The notes: generated by a model not told the origin, from the sequence alone. 43,425 nucleotides of DNA from a virus (IMGVR_UViG_3300024181_000008:1-43425); one strand, 5' to 3'; shown: positions 7,264 through 17,945, counted from the first letter of the stretch. Program-made: numbers and translations.

Positions 7264-10200
7264 ATGAATAACGCGCTCGGCGCTTCTGACATTCCCTTGA
7301 CGGTCTTCGGTGGTGCTGTGACCGAAATGAAGCCCGAAGACCTTCCCGAGGGGGCGAGTCCATACAATCAGGACATGGACTTCACGCCAGGAGCAACCTT
7401 TACCCGGGCCGGCCGCAAGAATCAGTACTTTTACGAGAATCTATTCGCGCTTGCGAGTGCGGGGTTTGCTCAAAATGTGGGCGACCCCGCGCTTGCCGCT
7501 TGGCTCAGTCCGCACAATCTGACGCTCAACACTCCGGGCGTTTACGCGCGGACGAGACTTTTAGGGGCGCCGTTTGATGGCGGGGGTTTTTGGGATTCGG
7601 CGGGTTCGGCTGGCGTTCAGGGTAACGCAAACCATTTTACCCTCACGTCTTCGCCTGCAATCTCGGGCGAACTCGCACTCTATTTTGCCTCAACGGGCTC
7701 GGCGGGCGGGACAACGCAACCCTTCCCCGCGGCGCAAGGCTGGACAGATATCACGGGCTCGGTCCCGGGCGTCAACGGGAATTATCAGCGGGTCGCGGCA
7801 AAGATTCTCGGGGCCTCGCCCGATAACGCGGTCGTCAATTTCCAGGGCGGAAACGTCGCTTCGTTTGGCGCTGTCGTCGGCCTTTTTGGTTCAAATGGAA
7901 GTTTGCCGACGGTCGTTCAATCGGACCTGATCGCCTCGGGAACGATCTCGGCCGGCGCGCATGGGCCCGCAACCTTTGGCGGTCCCGTTGCCGCGGGTAA
8001 CGCTGTCTTCATCTTCCTCGGAGCCGCAAGCGGCACGAACGGGTTGACGCTTTGGAGCGGCGTCACCGTAACCGACAATCAGGGCAACACCTATTACCTC
8101 ATCGGAAGCGAAGGGAACAACGCGAACGGCACCGCGCAAAGTCTGATTCTATTCACGCCTTCCGTTCAGGCCGGGACGCTAAACGTCACAGTCACGATCG
8201 GCGCGGGTTCGATCGATGGCGCCAACCTGACGATGCTCGAGGTCAACGGGCTGCAGGTCCTTCCGGGCAGTACGGCGAACAAATCACAGGAATTGCAGGC
8301 GCTAAACTTTCCGCTCAGTATCCCGCCGACCGAGGTCGTGCTCGGCTTCGAATTCGAATTCAGCGGGCATCAATCGACGCTCGACCCGAGCGCGGTTCTG
8401 ACGCTTTCGCTACTCGACCCGTCACCCGCGGGTTCGCCGTCGTTTACGTTCCAGCTTCCCCTTGTCGACGGCACGGTGACGATTGCGACGCCGCTCGAGA
8501 CGTGGGGCTTTCGCCTGATGCCCGATCAATTGAACGACCCGAGTTTCGGTTTCAAGGTGGTCGCAAAGTCCGATGTGACCGCGGAATTTGACGCCTATTC
8601 GGCGAAGATCAGGGTCTTTTTGACGCCGAACCCACCCGTCAATTTCAACTGGATTAAGACGTACCAGCAAAACAACGGGAACATTGATTCGCTTCTTCTC
8701 GATGACGCCGGGATTCTGTGGCAAGAGGACGTGATCGCGGCGCCCGGGGTTCTCAATTCAATTTTCACGGCCATCGAGCCGCACACCTTTGCTAAGAGCG
8801 TGACCTTCGAAGACGTCGAGTGGATTGCGTTAAGCGATCTTGTGAACGGAACGGACATGCCACGGCAGTGGGACGGCAAGAACCTCGACCGCGTGAGTCA
8901 GGTCGGCCCAGGCGCCCCCCCTTCGTTCTCGACGACTTCGGTAGGGAACACGGTTGTCTCGATCACCCAGGCGCCGGCCGTAGTTTTCCCGACGGGGCCG
9001 CACGACTTCATCACGCTCGGGGCGGGCCCCGTGCATCTACACGGGTCGACGACTCCGGGGAACATCGTAAGCATTCAGCCGCGGACTTCGTTTGTGCGCC
9101 CTGCCGACATTGTCGTCGGTTCAAACATCGTGATCAGCGGCGCGCCGCTTTTGAGCGGTTTCAACATCAATAACGACCCCGCCGGCATCACGAATCCGCC
9201 CTTCTGGACGGTGACGAGCATCGGGCCTGTGATCTCGGGCAATGCCACAAGTGACTGGATTACTTTCCAGGCGCCTTTTACCGGCTTTTTCTCGATCAAT
9301 AACATTTCGGGCGTGAGCATCGAAGGCACGCTCGCGACACTGACGACGTCCTCGCAAGTCCCGAACCTCGAGGTCGGAAATCAGTTTACGCTTGCAGGGA
9401 CCGGGGGCTCGCCGCCGGCAGGCTATGACGGGACCTGGACAGTATTCGCGACGCCGAACGCTTCACAATTGCAAATTACCTCGGTTGCGCGCTCGAGTGA
9501 CGTTGCGACCTACGGCTTCAACCTGATCACCGGGACGCTTCCGGTTGTCGGGCAATTTGTGACGGTGGTCGGGACGCTTGCCGACGATGGAACCTTCAAC
9601 GTCTCAAACGCTGCAATCGCTTCGGTGACGCCGGGGTCCTTCACGCTTTCCCTGCCCGGGAACAACGTCTCGAGCACTGGCGATAGCGGCTCGGGGACGA
9701 TCTCGGGGACGATCTTCAAATTCGACCCGCTTCGCATTGTGGGGAATCGCTCAACGGGAACGATCGTTACCGCGGGCGTCATCGGTTCGGGGATTCGCCG
9801 CGGCGTCGTGATGTTTGAAACTCGCAGCGCGGGAATCACGCAACCGTCGCCCTATGCTGAATTCACGGTCACGGGGAGCGTTAGCACGCTCAACGCCGCA
9901 CAGATTCCCATCGGGCCGCCCGACACAATCCGCCGCATCGTTGCCTTCACCGGCGCAAATGGCGGGAACTATTTTTACATCGATCAGCCGGTCACGGTGA
10001 CGGACAATGGTCAGAAGGTGACGTACACCTCGACGATCATTCCCGACAATACGTCGACGAGTGCGACCTTCACTTTCCCCGACGCGATCTTGCTCGCGGG
10101 GATTGCGATCGACGTCCAGGGAAACAACCTTTTCGCACAGCGCGAACTCGGGTCTTCGATCGGGTTCCTCAGTTATTCGAGCCGGCTCTTTGCCTGGGGC

Positions 10201-11862
10201 GAACAGAACAAAGTCCAGAACTTTCTCAATCTCTCGTTTGACGGGGGCTACAACCCGCCCGACTTTTTGCCGCTTGGCTGGACGGTCGACCAAACGAATG
10301 GCGACGGCGGGACGCTCGCGGTTTCGCCGCAATTTGGCAATTCGTACCTGATCGCAAACGCGACCGGAAGCCCGCAAGCTCTCTACGGGATGATCGAGCA
10401 AGGCGCCTACACGAACCAACTGGGCACCCCGATCATAAAGTCGAATACGCGCTACTCGGTCAGAATCACCGCGCGCTCGCCTTCGCTCACGCCGTCAGGG
10501 AACCTTGTCGTCGATCTTTTTAGCCCGCAACTCGCTCAGATCTTCGGGTCGTTCAGTATCCCGCTTGCGAGCATGGGCTCGACGATGACGATCTTCACGG
10601 GCGAGCTTCTGACTCAGGCGCAACAGTTCGGGATTGTTCCGAAAGACCTGCTCTTGCGGGTGTATGCTTCGGCGCTGCCCAATGGCGGCAACGTCGAGAT
10701 CGATCGGGTCGAGCCTTTCCCGACCGACGAACCCGTTTTTGCGACTTCCTTCACCGCTTCCTATGCCGACAATCCGCAAGGGTTTGACGGCGTCACCGGG
10801 AACACGGGCCCGAATCAGAATCAGCAACCGATCAGGGGCGGCGCGGAAATGTTCGATCTGCTGTACGCGCTCAAGGAACGGTCTATTTTCTCGACTTCGG
10901 ATAACGGCGTCACCGAGCCTGCCTTTTGGAACTGGCGCGAGGTTTCGCAGCAAGTCGGCACGATCGGGATTCATTCTTACGACTATGGCGAAGAGTGGCT
11001 CGTCACGGCTTGCCGGCCGGGAATCTACTTCTTCAACGGCGGCGCGCCGCTCAAGATCTCGCAAGAGTTTCAAACGGTTTGGGACGCGATCAACTGGAAA
11101 TACGGATACACGATATGGGTTCGAAACGACGTCGTGAACAAGCGGATTCTCGTCGGGATTCCCCTTCCGACGGGACCCGGGACGAAATCGTTTCCTTATC
11201 TGCCCGAGTTTCCGGCGAATGCTGCCCCGACGACGCCGAACGTGGTCTTGACGATCAATTACCGCGAACTCAGTTCGGGTATGGCGCTTGCGGAAACGGG
11301 CCCGATCAAGTCGGGTTACTCGGGCCGGATTCTTTCGCCTGAACCGGCGCGCAAGACTTCGTTTTGGAACATTCGCTCGCCCTATGCGGACTTTGTGAAC
11401 CGCGGGAACAATGAAACGCCGCTCTTTATTTGCACGGGTTACGCCGATAGTAAGGTCTTTGCACTCGACGAGGACGAGCTCGACGACGACGGCCTCGCGA
11501 TCAATTCGTTCTACCTGACCTATGGGTTCACGAAAGCCGAGATGCAAGACGCGAAGGGCCTCGGGCTTCACCGGATGCTAGCGGACTACATGACAACGCT
11601 TGCCGTGGGAACGGGCGACCTGAACATTTGGATTTATCCCGAGTCGCCGCAAAACGACTTGCCGATTATCTTGGACCCGATACCGCTCGACGCTTTCACC
11701 TTCGGGGACCTCGAGAGTGACGTAAACTACACGGCGAACCGCTTCTTCGTTCGCTTCGGAACAAACCGCGTCGGGCACAAGTTCCAGGTGTCAAAAGTTG
11801 TGATGAGTTTGCGACCCGATGCGTGGTCGCCGATCAGGGGGTCGGCAAGGGGAAGTCCATGA
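7264..11862 (+). CDS. Large tail nozzle/stabilisation-like protein with inserted beta-domains (1532 aa)
   Basis: N-terminal FGG..TE..PEDLP.GASP.NQDMDF start and C-terminal propeller-like region as in podovirus nozzles; precedes ejection-type genes. Confidence 0.65.
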   Translation: MNNALGASDIPLTVFGGAVTEMKPEDLPEGASPYNQDMDFTPGATFTRAGRKNQYFYENLFALASAGFAQNVGDPALAAWLSPHNLTLNTPGVYARTRLLGAPFDGGGFWDSAGSAGVQGNANHFTLTSSPAISGELALYFASTGSAGGTTQPFPAAQGWTDITGSVPGVNGNYQRVAAKILGASPDNAVVNFQGGNVASFGAVVGLFGSNGSLPTVVQSDLIASGTISAGAHGPATFGGPVAAGNAVFIFLGAASGTNGLTLWSGVTVTDNQGNTYYLIGSEGNNANGTAQSLILFTPSVQAGTLNVTVTIGAGSIDGANLTMLEVNGLQVLPGSTANKSQELQALNFPLSIPPTEVVLGFEFEFSGHQSTLDPSAVLTLSLLDPSPAGSPSFTFQLPLVDGTVTIATPLETWGFRLMPDQLNDPSFGFKVVAKSDVTAEFDAYSAKIRVFLTPNPPVNFNWIKTYQQNNGNIDSLLLDDAGILWQEDVIAAPGVLNSIFTAIEPHTFAKSVTFEDVEWIALSDLVNGTDMPRQWDGKNLDRVSQVGPGAPPSFSTTSVGNTVVSITQAPAVVFPTGPHDFITLGAGPVHLHGSTTPGNIVSIQPRTSFVRPADIVVGSNIVISGAPLLSGFNINNDPAGITNPPFWTVTSIGPVISGNATSDWITFQAPFTGFFSINNISGVSIEGTLATLTTSSQVPNLEVGNQFTLAGTGGSPPAGYDGTWTVFATPNASQLQITSVARSSDVATYGFNLITGTLPVVGQFVTVVGTLADDGTFNVSNAAIASVTPGSFTLSLPGNNVSSTGDSGSGTISGTIFKFDPLRIVGNRSTGTIVTAGVIGSGIRRGVVMFETRSAGITQPSPYAEFTVTGSVSTLNAAQIPIGPPDTIRRIVAFTGANGGNYFYIDQPVTVTDNGQKVTYTSTIIPDNTSTSATFTFPDAILLAGIAIDVQGNNLFAQRELGSSIGFLSYSSRLFAWGEQNKVQNFLNLSFDGGYNPPDFLPLGWTVDQTNGDGGTLAVSPQFGNSYLIANATGSPQALYGMIEQGAYTNQLGTPIIKSNTRYSVRITARSPSLTPSGNLVVDLFSPQLAQIFGSFSIPLASMGSTMTIFTGELLTQAQQFGIVPKDLLLRVYASALPNGGNVEIDRVEPFPTDEPVFATSFTASYADNPQGFDGVTGNTGPNQNQQPIRGGAEMFDLLYALKERSIFSTSDNGVTEPAFWNWREVSQQVGTIGIHSYDYGEEWLVTACRPGIYFFNGGAPLKISQEFQTVWDAINWKYGYTIWVRNDVVNKRILVGIPLPTGPGTKSFPYLPEFPANAAPTTPNVVLTINYRELSSGMALAETGPIKSGYSGRILSPEPARKTSFWNIRSPYADFVNRGNNETPLFICTGYADSKVFALDEDELDDDGLAINSFYLTYGFTKAEMQDAKGLGLHRMLADYMTTLAVGTGDLNIWIYPESPQNDLPIILDPIPLDAFTFGDLESDVNYTANRFFVRFGTNRVGHKFQVSKVVMSLRPDAWSPIRGSARGSP

Positions 11863-12458
11863 TCGACGGAAGTCAGTTTTTGAAGGAAATCAGGAGCAAG
11901 GACCCGCACCTCGGCCTTTTGCTTGAGCAGATTATCGACGGCGTAAACGGCACGGCGAATCACATCGGAGTCAACCCGAATGGGCAGGTCGCGCCGCCCC
12001 CGCCCCTTGAAGCGCTCGAGGTCAAGGCGAACAACGGAGACGTTCACGTTTCCCTGACGCATAACTCGCCGATCGGGAAAAATATCCGGTACTTTGTCGA
12101 AGCTTCGGTCGACCCGACTTTTCAGAATGTCGACCCCGCGCATGTTTTTGACCTGGGAACGTCCCGCGGACTCTTCACGCGGCTCCCCGCGATGGACGAC
12201 GACGGCAACCCGCAAAACTGGCACTTTCGCGCCTATCCGCAATACCAGGGGAGCGAAGCCGGCGAAAAGACTTACTTCGGGACAATGGTCAATCCGACAC
12301 CGGTCGCGACGGGCGGGACGACGCAACTCACGCCGCTCAAGTCCAAGGGTTCAGGGACCGCGGCGCCCGACGGGTCACAAGGTGGGCAAGGCCTGGGGAC
12401 TGATTTGCGACGATTGCCGCTCGGGCCGAAGGTTCCCGCGGCGCTGAACGTCCTATGA
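11859..12458 (+). CDS. Putative virion protein (199 aa)
   Basis: ATGA-coupled to the nozzle gene; N-terminal helix followed by beta-rich domain. Confidence 0.7.
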   Translation: MIDGSQFLKEIRSKDPHLGLLLEQIIDGVNGTANHIGVNPNGQVAPPPPLEALEVKANNGDVHVSLTHNSPIGKNIRYFVEASVDPTFQNVDPAHVFDLGTSRGLFTRLPAMDDDGNPQNWHFRAYPQYQGSEAGEKTYFGTMVNPTPVATGGTTQLTPLKSKGSGTAAPDGSQGGQGLGTDLRRLPLGPKVPAALNVL

Positions 12459-12832
12459 GAATCAGGGAATATACGCCGGCAGATCTCGAGGCCGTCAAAC
12501 GGTTACACGAAGGGCACGACTTCGAATTGCCCGACCTCACTCACCCGCTTGTGATCGTAAAGCGCGTGATGGTCGACGACGAAGAACGGGTCCGCATGGC
12601 AGGCTTCGGGCGCCTTCATGCGAGCGTGATTCTGGCGGTTGACCGAACATGGTCGACGCCGGCCGCGCGGCTTGCGACCGTCACCGAATTGCAAAAGGAC
12701 ATGATGGCGCACGGCTCCAAGATGGGGCTCGACATTGTGACCACGCAAGCCGAGGGACGATTTGCCGAGCGGCTCGCGGAGATGGGCTGGACAAAAGGAT
12801 TCGGCGAAATGTTTTATAGGAGTATCGACTAA
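12455..12832 (+). CDS. GNAT-fold-like protein of the podovirus tail module
   Basis: MRIREYTPADLEAVKRLH start and FAERLAEMGW end resemble GNAT motifs; usual position before ejection proteins. Confidence 0.6.
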   Translation: MRIREYTPADLEAVKRLHEGHDFELPDLTHPLVIVKRVMVDDEERVRMAGFGRLHASVILAVDRTWSTPAARLATVTELQKDMMAHGSKMGLDIVTTQAEGRFAERLAEMGWTKGFGEMFYRSID

Positions 12833-13453
12833 ATGCGGACGACAAGGCGCGTGCTGATCGACCCGCTCGGGTTCACCGAACCTTACGCGGGCATCAAGAA
12901 AGCGACAAAGGCGGCTCAAGGCGCCGCGACGACCGCGGCGGATACCGGGGTAAAATACGGGTCTTCGGCTGATACGGAACGGGCGACGCTTGTCCCGGAA
13001 TTGACCCGGGAAGCGACGCATCCCACGGGCTTCAATCCGACCGACGTCAATAACATGCTTGTCGCCGGCGAAGAGGGCGCGGGCGGCGCAACGGGCTCAA
13101 TCACGGGCGAAGCAAACCTCGAGGCGGCCAGGACGCATAACACGGGCGCGCTTGCGGGTGTGCTCGATGAAGCGGCGCGCAGTAAAGCGCGGACCCTTTC
13201 TTCGAACGCCCTGAACGTTCAGAATCAAAACGCGCTGCTCAAGGAAAAGCAGAAACAGCAAGGACTTTCGGGCCTCGAGGGGCTTTACGGTGAGGACGTG
13301 AACGCCGGCCTCAAGGCGCAAGGGCTAGTTCCCGAGGACATAAATGCGTGGTCGAACGCAAACAAAACGGGTTGGCTGCAGAATACCGAAGGGGTAATTG
13401 ATACACTTACGGGCGCTGCGAAGGCAGCAAAGCCCGGGGGGTTCATGACCTAA
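12833..13453 (+). CDS. Putative DNA ejection/internal virion protein 1 (206 aa)
   Basis: Ala/Gly/Asn/Gln-rich helical protein at the canonical position. Confidence 0.6.
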   Translation: MRTTRRVLIDPLGFTEPYAGIKKATKAAQGAATTAADTGVKYGSSADTERATLVPELTREATHPTGFNPTDVNNMLVAGEEGAGGATGSITGEANLEAARTHNTGALAGVLDEAARSKARTLSSNALNVQNQNALLKEKQKQQGLSGLEGLYGEDVNAGLKAQGLVPEDINAWSNANKTGWLQNTEGVIDTLTGAAKAAKPGGFMT

Positions 13454-15090
13454 TGGCCGATCTCGAGACAATCCCGACTCAGGTAGACGAAGAAACCGAA
13501 GAAGAACGCCGGCGGCGGCTTGAAGAAGCCGAGGCAAGCAGTAATCTTGCGCCCGTTGTGCAACCGACGATCAACGCGCACCGCGGTAAAGGCACGTCTG
13601 ACCTTGCGCTCACCGAAGAGATCGAAAGGACGCACCCGACCTCTGTCAGCACGAAAAGCGTCGGCGACCTCTCAGCGCCCGACCTCGGCGGGAACGGTCC
13701 TAAGCCGGTCGTAAACGGCGGTTTACAGCCTATTGGGCCGTCGAGTCCAGTCAAGCCGTTGTCCTTTGCCGAACGGCAGAACCTTCCCGTCATTTCGCCT
13801 GGGGCGCCGGCGGGAAGCGCGGCTTCCTACGAAGCGCAACTTACTCGCCTTCAAGACCAGAAAGCTAACCCGTGGGGCAGCGCCGAGAATCACCCGGGCT
13901 TTGGTGGCAAGCTCGCGCATGTTCTTTCAAAGGTCGGGAATATCGCGGGCGATATCGTCGCGCCTGGGACAATGGAACTCATCCCGGGAACTGACCTCAA
14001 CCGACAGGCGAAGGAAGCGGGCCTCGAGCACAATCTCGGGGCAGCGCAAACGCGAGAAGCGTCGGCAAAGCGTGGCGAAGCCGAAACCGCCCAGGGCGAA
14101 GAACGTAACAAGCTCGAAAGCCGGCGCCTCGACATTGAAGAGGGCAAGGAAGGCAAGGCCCCGTCGATCGATCAGGCTGCGATCGACGCGAAGATGAAAG
14201 AGGACAATCCCGAAACCGGAAAGCCCTTTACGGCCTACGAAGCGCGCATCGAACTGGCAAACGATATACAGGCGGGGAAGCAAAAGCCCGAAGGCGCGCC
14301 GAAGACAATCGTGATGCTCGACGAGCACGGGAAACCCAACGAATACCAGTTTGATCGAGGCGGGAACTTGTCGGGCGAGGCAGGGTACGGCAACTGGAAA
14401 AAGATCGGGCCCGCGAAACCCGACGCACTTTCACTCGGCCTCGTCGGTTCGATTCAGCCGTTACTGGGGCCGAACGGGCAGATCGTCGGGACGCTCAACT
14501 CGAAGACCGGGAAGATGGCGGGGCTCACGCCTGAACAGGCGGCGACGGTCGGCGGTACGGGCGGAACGACGGGTTCGGGCGCGCGCCTAGCCAATACCGA
14601 GCGGAATCAATTCGCTACCCAGGTCGTCAATCCCGCGCGGCAGGTCGAAAGTCAGTTCCAGAAAGCGACGGCGGCGCTCAAGGCTTACAACGCGAACCCG
14701 CAAACGGGCGCGGCCGGCATGGTTCTCTTCGCGCAACACCTCGGGACGACGCTTGGCGGCATCAAGGGCGCCGCGATCGGCGAACAGTCACAGGCGCTTC
14801 ACGCGAACGCAATCGGCCTCGCCGACCGTATTTCCCGATGGATTGACAAGAACGCTACAGGGCAACCTATTTCGGAGTCCCAGTCTCGCGACTTCTATCA
14901 TATGATTCAGGAGACGCGCGAGATCACTTGGCGCCTTGCAGCGCGCGCCGCATCCGACCGAAAACAACCGGTCGACTTTTTGCCGAACGACGTTCAGATC
15001 AGCCTTGCGGACTCGGGCGGGAAAGTGCGGCACGTTCCCGGCAACCGCGTGCAAGAATATCTCGACAAAGGGGCGAAGATCGCCGAATAA
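13453..15090 (+). CDS. Putative DNA ejection/internal virion protein 2 (545 aa)
   Basis: TAATG-coupled; low-complexity N-terminus, helical C-terminus; position. Confidence 0.6.
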   Translation: MADLETIPTQVDEETEEERRRRLEEAEASSNLAPVVQPTINAHRGKGTSDLALTEEIERTHPTSVSTKSVGDLSAPDLGGNGPKPVVNGGLQPIGPSSPVKPLSFAERQNLPVISPGAPAGSAASYEAQLTRLQDQKANPWGSAENHPGFGGKLAHVLSKVGNIAGDIVAPGTMELIPGTDLNRQAKEAGLEHNLGAAQTREASAKRGEAETAQGEERNKLESRRLDIEEGKEGKAPSIDQAAIDAKMKEDNPETGKPFTAYEARIELANDIQAGKQKPEGAPKTIVMLDEHGKPNEYQFDRGGNLSGEAGYGNWKKIGPAKPDALSLGLVGSIQPLLGPNGQIVGTLNSKTGKMAGLTPEQAATVGGTGGTTGSGARLANTERNQFATQVVNPARQVESQFQKATAALKAYNANPQTGAAGMVLFAQHLGTTLGGIKGAAIGEQSQALHANAIGLADRISRWIDKNATGQPISESQSRDFYHMIQETREITWRLAARAASDRKQPVDFLPNDVQISLADSGGKVRHVPGNRVQEYLDKGAKIAE

Positions 15091-16890
15091 ATGCCCGACG
15101 ACAAAGCCTTCAATTGGGACGACGAAGACGAGAAGAAAGAGAAGCCCGCGGCCGGCGGCGGTTTTTCGTGGGATGAAGAAGAGAAAACTAAGGCTTCGCC
15201 CGAGCCCTATGCGGAAGCAAAGGCAAAAGTTTCGCAGCCGACCGAATTCGAAACGCAAAGAGGCGCGACCGAGCAGTTCCCCGGGCACTCGACGAACCTC
15301 AAATCGGAAGCCGTTGCTCAAGACAAAAGCCGCGGCTTTCTTCCGCACGTTTACGACTGGATTAAGTCCCAGGCGCCGCCCGAGCCCAAAAGCTTTGGCG
15401 AAGCCGTTTCGACCGGCCTGCATCAAGGGCTCAAGACACTCGACCCGCGGGAAAGCGTAGGCGGGCAAGCGGTTCAAACGCTCACCGGAACGGTTCCGCA
15501 AGAATACTTCGGCGCCCGCGAACGCGGGCATGATATCCCGTACAGCGCCGCGGCTGGCGTTTCGAGCGCAACGGGTGTGCGTCCCCTGCAAATGGAACAG
15601 GCGGCCGAGCACGGCGACACGGCCGGCGTTTTGGGTGAAGCCGCGGGCCCTGCCGCTCTTGCCGTTGCCCCTTCCGCGATCAGTCGGATTCCGAAGATTC
15701 CAGGCGCGACGCCCGCCCTCAAGGCGATCGGCGAACCCTTTCATATTGGGATGAGCGGCGAAGATCTTCTCAAAAAGGGCGTGAGTCCGCGCGCCCAGGC
15801 TACTGGATGGGATGACGCGATCAGCCGGCCGGGAGTTCAGCGCGCCCTGACCGAGCACAATGCCGCGACGCCGATCAAGAGCGCGGCCGACCTTGACGAA
15901 GCAATTCCCTTGATGAAAGAGAAAGTTTGGAAAGAGAAAGTCGAGCCGGCGCTCGAGCGGCAGGCAAAGCGCGAGGTCGACATGCATCCCGCGGCCGAGG
16001 CCGTTCGGAAGGCTGTCAGTCCCGAGATGCAGGAATTTGACCCCGAACACGCCGATCAATTGCACTCGCTTGCCGACAAGCTCGAAGGCTCGCGCAACGT
16101 TGAGGGCGCGAACCGCTTGCTAACTTATGTGAACGGCAAACTCGAGTCGTACTTTGCGAAGTACCCGAGCGCACGGCGCGCAAATCTTTTGAATAACCCG
16201 GACGTAGCCGGATGGGAATCAGCGCGGCGGGCGATTCGCGAACAGTTTTTGAACACGCTCGAGAATGCGGGCGAAAAGCAGATTCGCGAAGCGCGCCAGG
16301 ACTACGGCGGCCTCGAGACGATCGGGAAGGAAGTCGAGCGGCGGGTCAATGTGGCCGACAGGGCAAAGCCGATGAGTCTTTCGCGGCTTTTGGGTCTTAT
16401 GGCGGCCGTTCCGACGGGCGGGGTGAGCGTCGTCGCCGGCGAAGTCGCCCATCACTTGAACAAGCCCGATGTACTTATCAAGCGGGGAATCAGCCGACTC
16501 AATCCGCCGGCCGAGGCGCCTTTTACGCCGCCCGCAGCGTTCGAACCCGAAGCCGCAAAGCCGACGCCTGTCGCCGGCCCTTCGGTGCGGGAACAGGCGC
16601 GCAATCCCCAGGAAGGCCCGACGCGGCTTTCGAGCTTGCGACCGGTTTCCGGCGCGCCGAGTGAGGCGCTCAGTCCGATCGAGGCACGGGGCTTTGCAAA
16701 GACGCCGCCGGAAGGTTTTTCGAGCGTGCTCAAAGACACGGGATGGGAATACGGCGGGAAGAACAAAATGGGCATCCACGAATTCAAAGACCCGAAATCG
16801 AACATTTCGATCAGCGTGAAGGATGCCGACTTGACGCCCTACACGGTGCGCGCCCGGATTGCCGAGAAGCTCAAAGAGTTCCGGCGTTAA
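15091..16890 (+). CDS. Putative DNA ejection/internal virion protein 3 (599 aa)
   Basis: FNWDD/FSWDE N-terminal repeats, helical body and a hydrophobic Gly/Ala segment; position. Confidence 0.6.
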   Translation: MPDDKAFNWDDEDEKKEKPAAGGGFSWDEEEKTKASPEPYAEAKAKVSQPTEFETQRGATEQFPGHSTNLKSEAVAQDKSRGFLPHVYDWIKSQAPPEPKSFGEAVSTGLHQGLKTLDPRESVGGQAVQTLTGTVPQEYFGARERGHDIPYSAAAGVSSATGVRPLQMEQAAEHGDTAGVLGEAAGPAALAVAPSAISRIPKIPGATPALKAIGEPFHIGMSGEDLLKKGVSPRAQATGWDDAISRPGVQRALTEHNAATPIKSAADLDEAIPLMKEKVWKEKVEPALERQAKREVDMHPAAEAVRKAVSPEMQEFDPEHADQLHSLADKLEGSRNVEGANRLLTYVNGKLESYFAKYPSARRANLLNNPDVAGWESARRAIREQFLNTLENAGEKQIREARQDYGGLETIGKEVERRVNVADRAKPMSLSRLLGLMAAVPTGGVSVVAGEVAHHLNKPDVLIKRGISRLNPPAEAPFTPPAAFEPEAAKPTPVAGPSVREQARNPQEGPTRLSSLRPVSGAPSEALSPIEARGFAKTPPEGFSSVLKDTGWEYGGKNKMGIHEFKDPKSNISISVKDADLTPYTVRARIAEKLKEFRR

Positions 16891-17057
16891 CGAACGTGGC
16901 GGTCGACAATCCACCAACGCACGATGAAATGACCCAGGGCCCCGACCGAAGCCGTAAGAATTAGCCAACTAAGCATTGCAGTTACCTCGACTTTCATGTT
17001 AAGACACGGACACTTCGGTTCCAATAGGACCGAAGTACTACGAGCAAGGAACGAACG

Positions 17058-17747
17058 ATGATCAGACGCCCAGTCGTGATGCTAGCCTTTTTCGCACTTT
17101 TGTCTTTCGCGGTTGCCCAGGCACCGCCGCCGCGAAGCACGATTCCCCCGATGCCGGCGGCGCCCCAGTTTGACCCAACGAGCGTTATACAGGCCGTCGG
17201 CCAGTCTGGCGCATGGACCTTGGCCGCCGGGACGAGCATCGACAACCTCGGGAAGATTCAGTACGCGGACGAGCAGCGCCTTCTCGCTCTTGATGGGCCG
17301 ACCGGACAGGTCGCGAGCCTGCAACAGCAAATCAACGTTACCCGGGCTTCGACGACCGAAGTGCAACTTGTCTCGCCGACTTCGCCTTCGCCCGTTGGAT
17401 GGAGCGGCGTGCCGGTCGCGACGACTGAATTCCAGGGAGGCGGCGCAAATATCCGCACGCGCCGATTGCTCGATTTTAGTAGCGTTCACTCCGTCCGTCT
17501 TTGCCAGAATCTTTCCCTACCCCTCGCCGGTGCCGTTTTGAACGTCGAAGAGAGCGTCGATCAAGTAACCTGGACGCCGCTCGTTACGGGCCTCGATCTC
17601 GGAACGAAGGGCCTTTCGTGCTCGGCCTGGGTTCCCTACGGCAATGCGCGGCCGCTTGGCGACGCGGTCGTCCGTGTCACGGCTTCAAATCCCTTGAACA
17701 CCGCCGCAACGCCTAACTGGTGGTACATCAGCCTCGAAATTAAATGA
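17058..17747 (+). CDS. Exported protein with Sec signal peptide (229 aa)
   Basis: MIRRPVVMLAFFALLSFAVAQA signal; Pro-rich linker; beta-sandwich-like C-terminus; AAGGA SD. Confidence 0.75.
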   Translation: MIRRPVVMLAFFALLSFAVAQAPPPRSTIPPMPAAPQFDPTSVIQAVGQSGAWTLAAGTSIDNLGKIQYADEQRLLALDGPTGQVASLQQQINVTRASTTEVQLVSPTSPSPVGWSGVPVATTEFQGGGANIRTRRLLDFSSVHSVRLCQNLSLPLAGAVLNVEESVDQVTWTPLVTGLDLGTKGLSCSAWVPYGNARPLGDAVVRVTASNPLNTAATPNWWYISLEIK

Positions 17748-17756
17748 GGGCGGGCG

Positions 17757-17945
17757 ATGGCGATCAGTTTGATGGACATGCTCACACGGCAGATTGTCGA
17801 TAAGCAGATCAGTGTCGAGGCTGCCCGCCGCATTGTTTTGAACCGCGCGAAATTGCGGCGCGAACAGCAGTCGAGGGGTTTACTCGAGGTCGATCGGAAA
17901 GAAGACGAAGCGATTCTCGAGAAGATAAACAAAGGGGGAAACTAG
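17757..17945 (+). CDS. Hypothetical protein (62 aa)
   Basis: GAGG SD; fills the gap; stop overlaps the next start. Confidence 0.65.
   Translation: MAISLMDMLTRQIVDKQISVEAARRIVLNRAKLRREQQSRGLLEVDRKEDEAILEKINKGGN

Noticed and set aside
14788-16065. Long minus-strand ORFs (also 1093-2034, 3779-4687, 10495-11571, 26077-26910 and others)
   Set aside because: Antisense shadows of high-GC plus-strand genes, with no recognisable motifs
16891-16964. Frameshift extension of the third ejection protein
   Set aside because: No convincing slippery site seen near the stop at 16890
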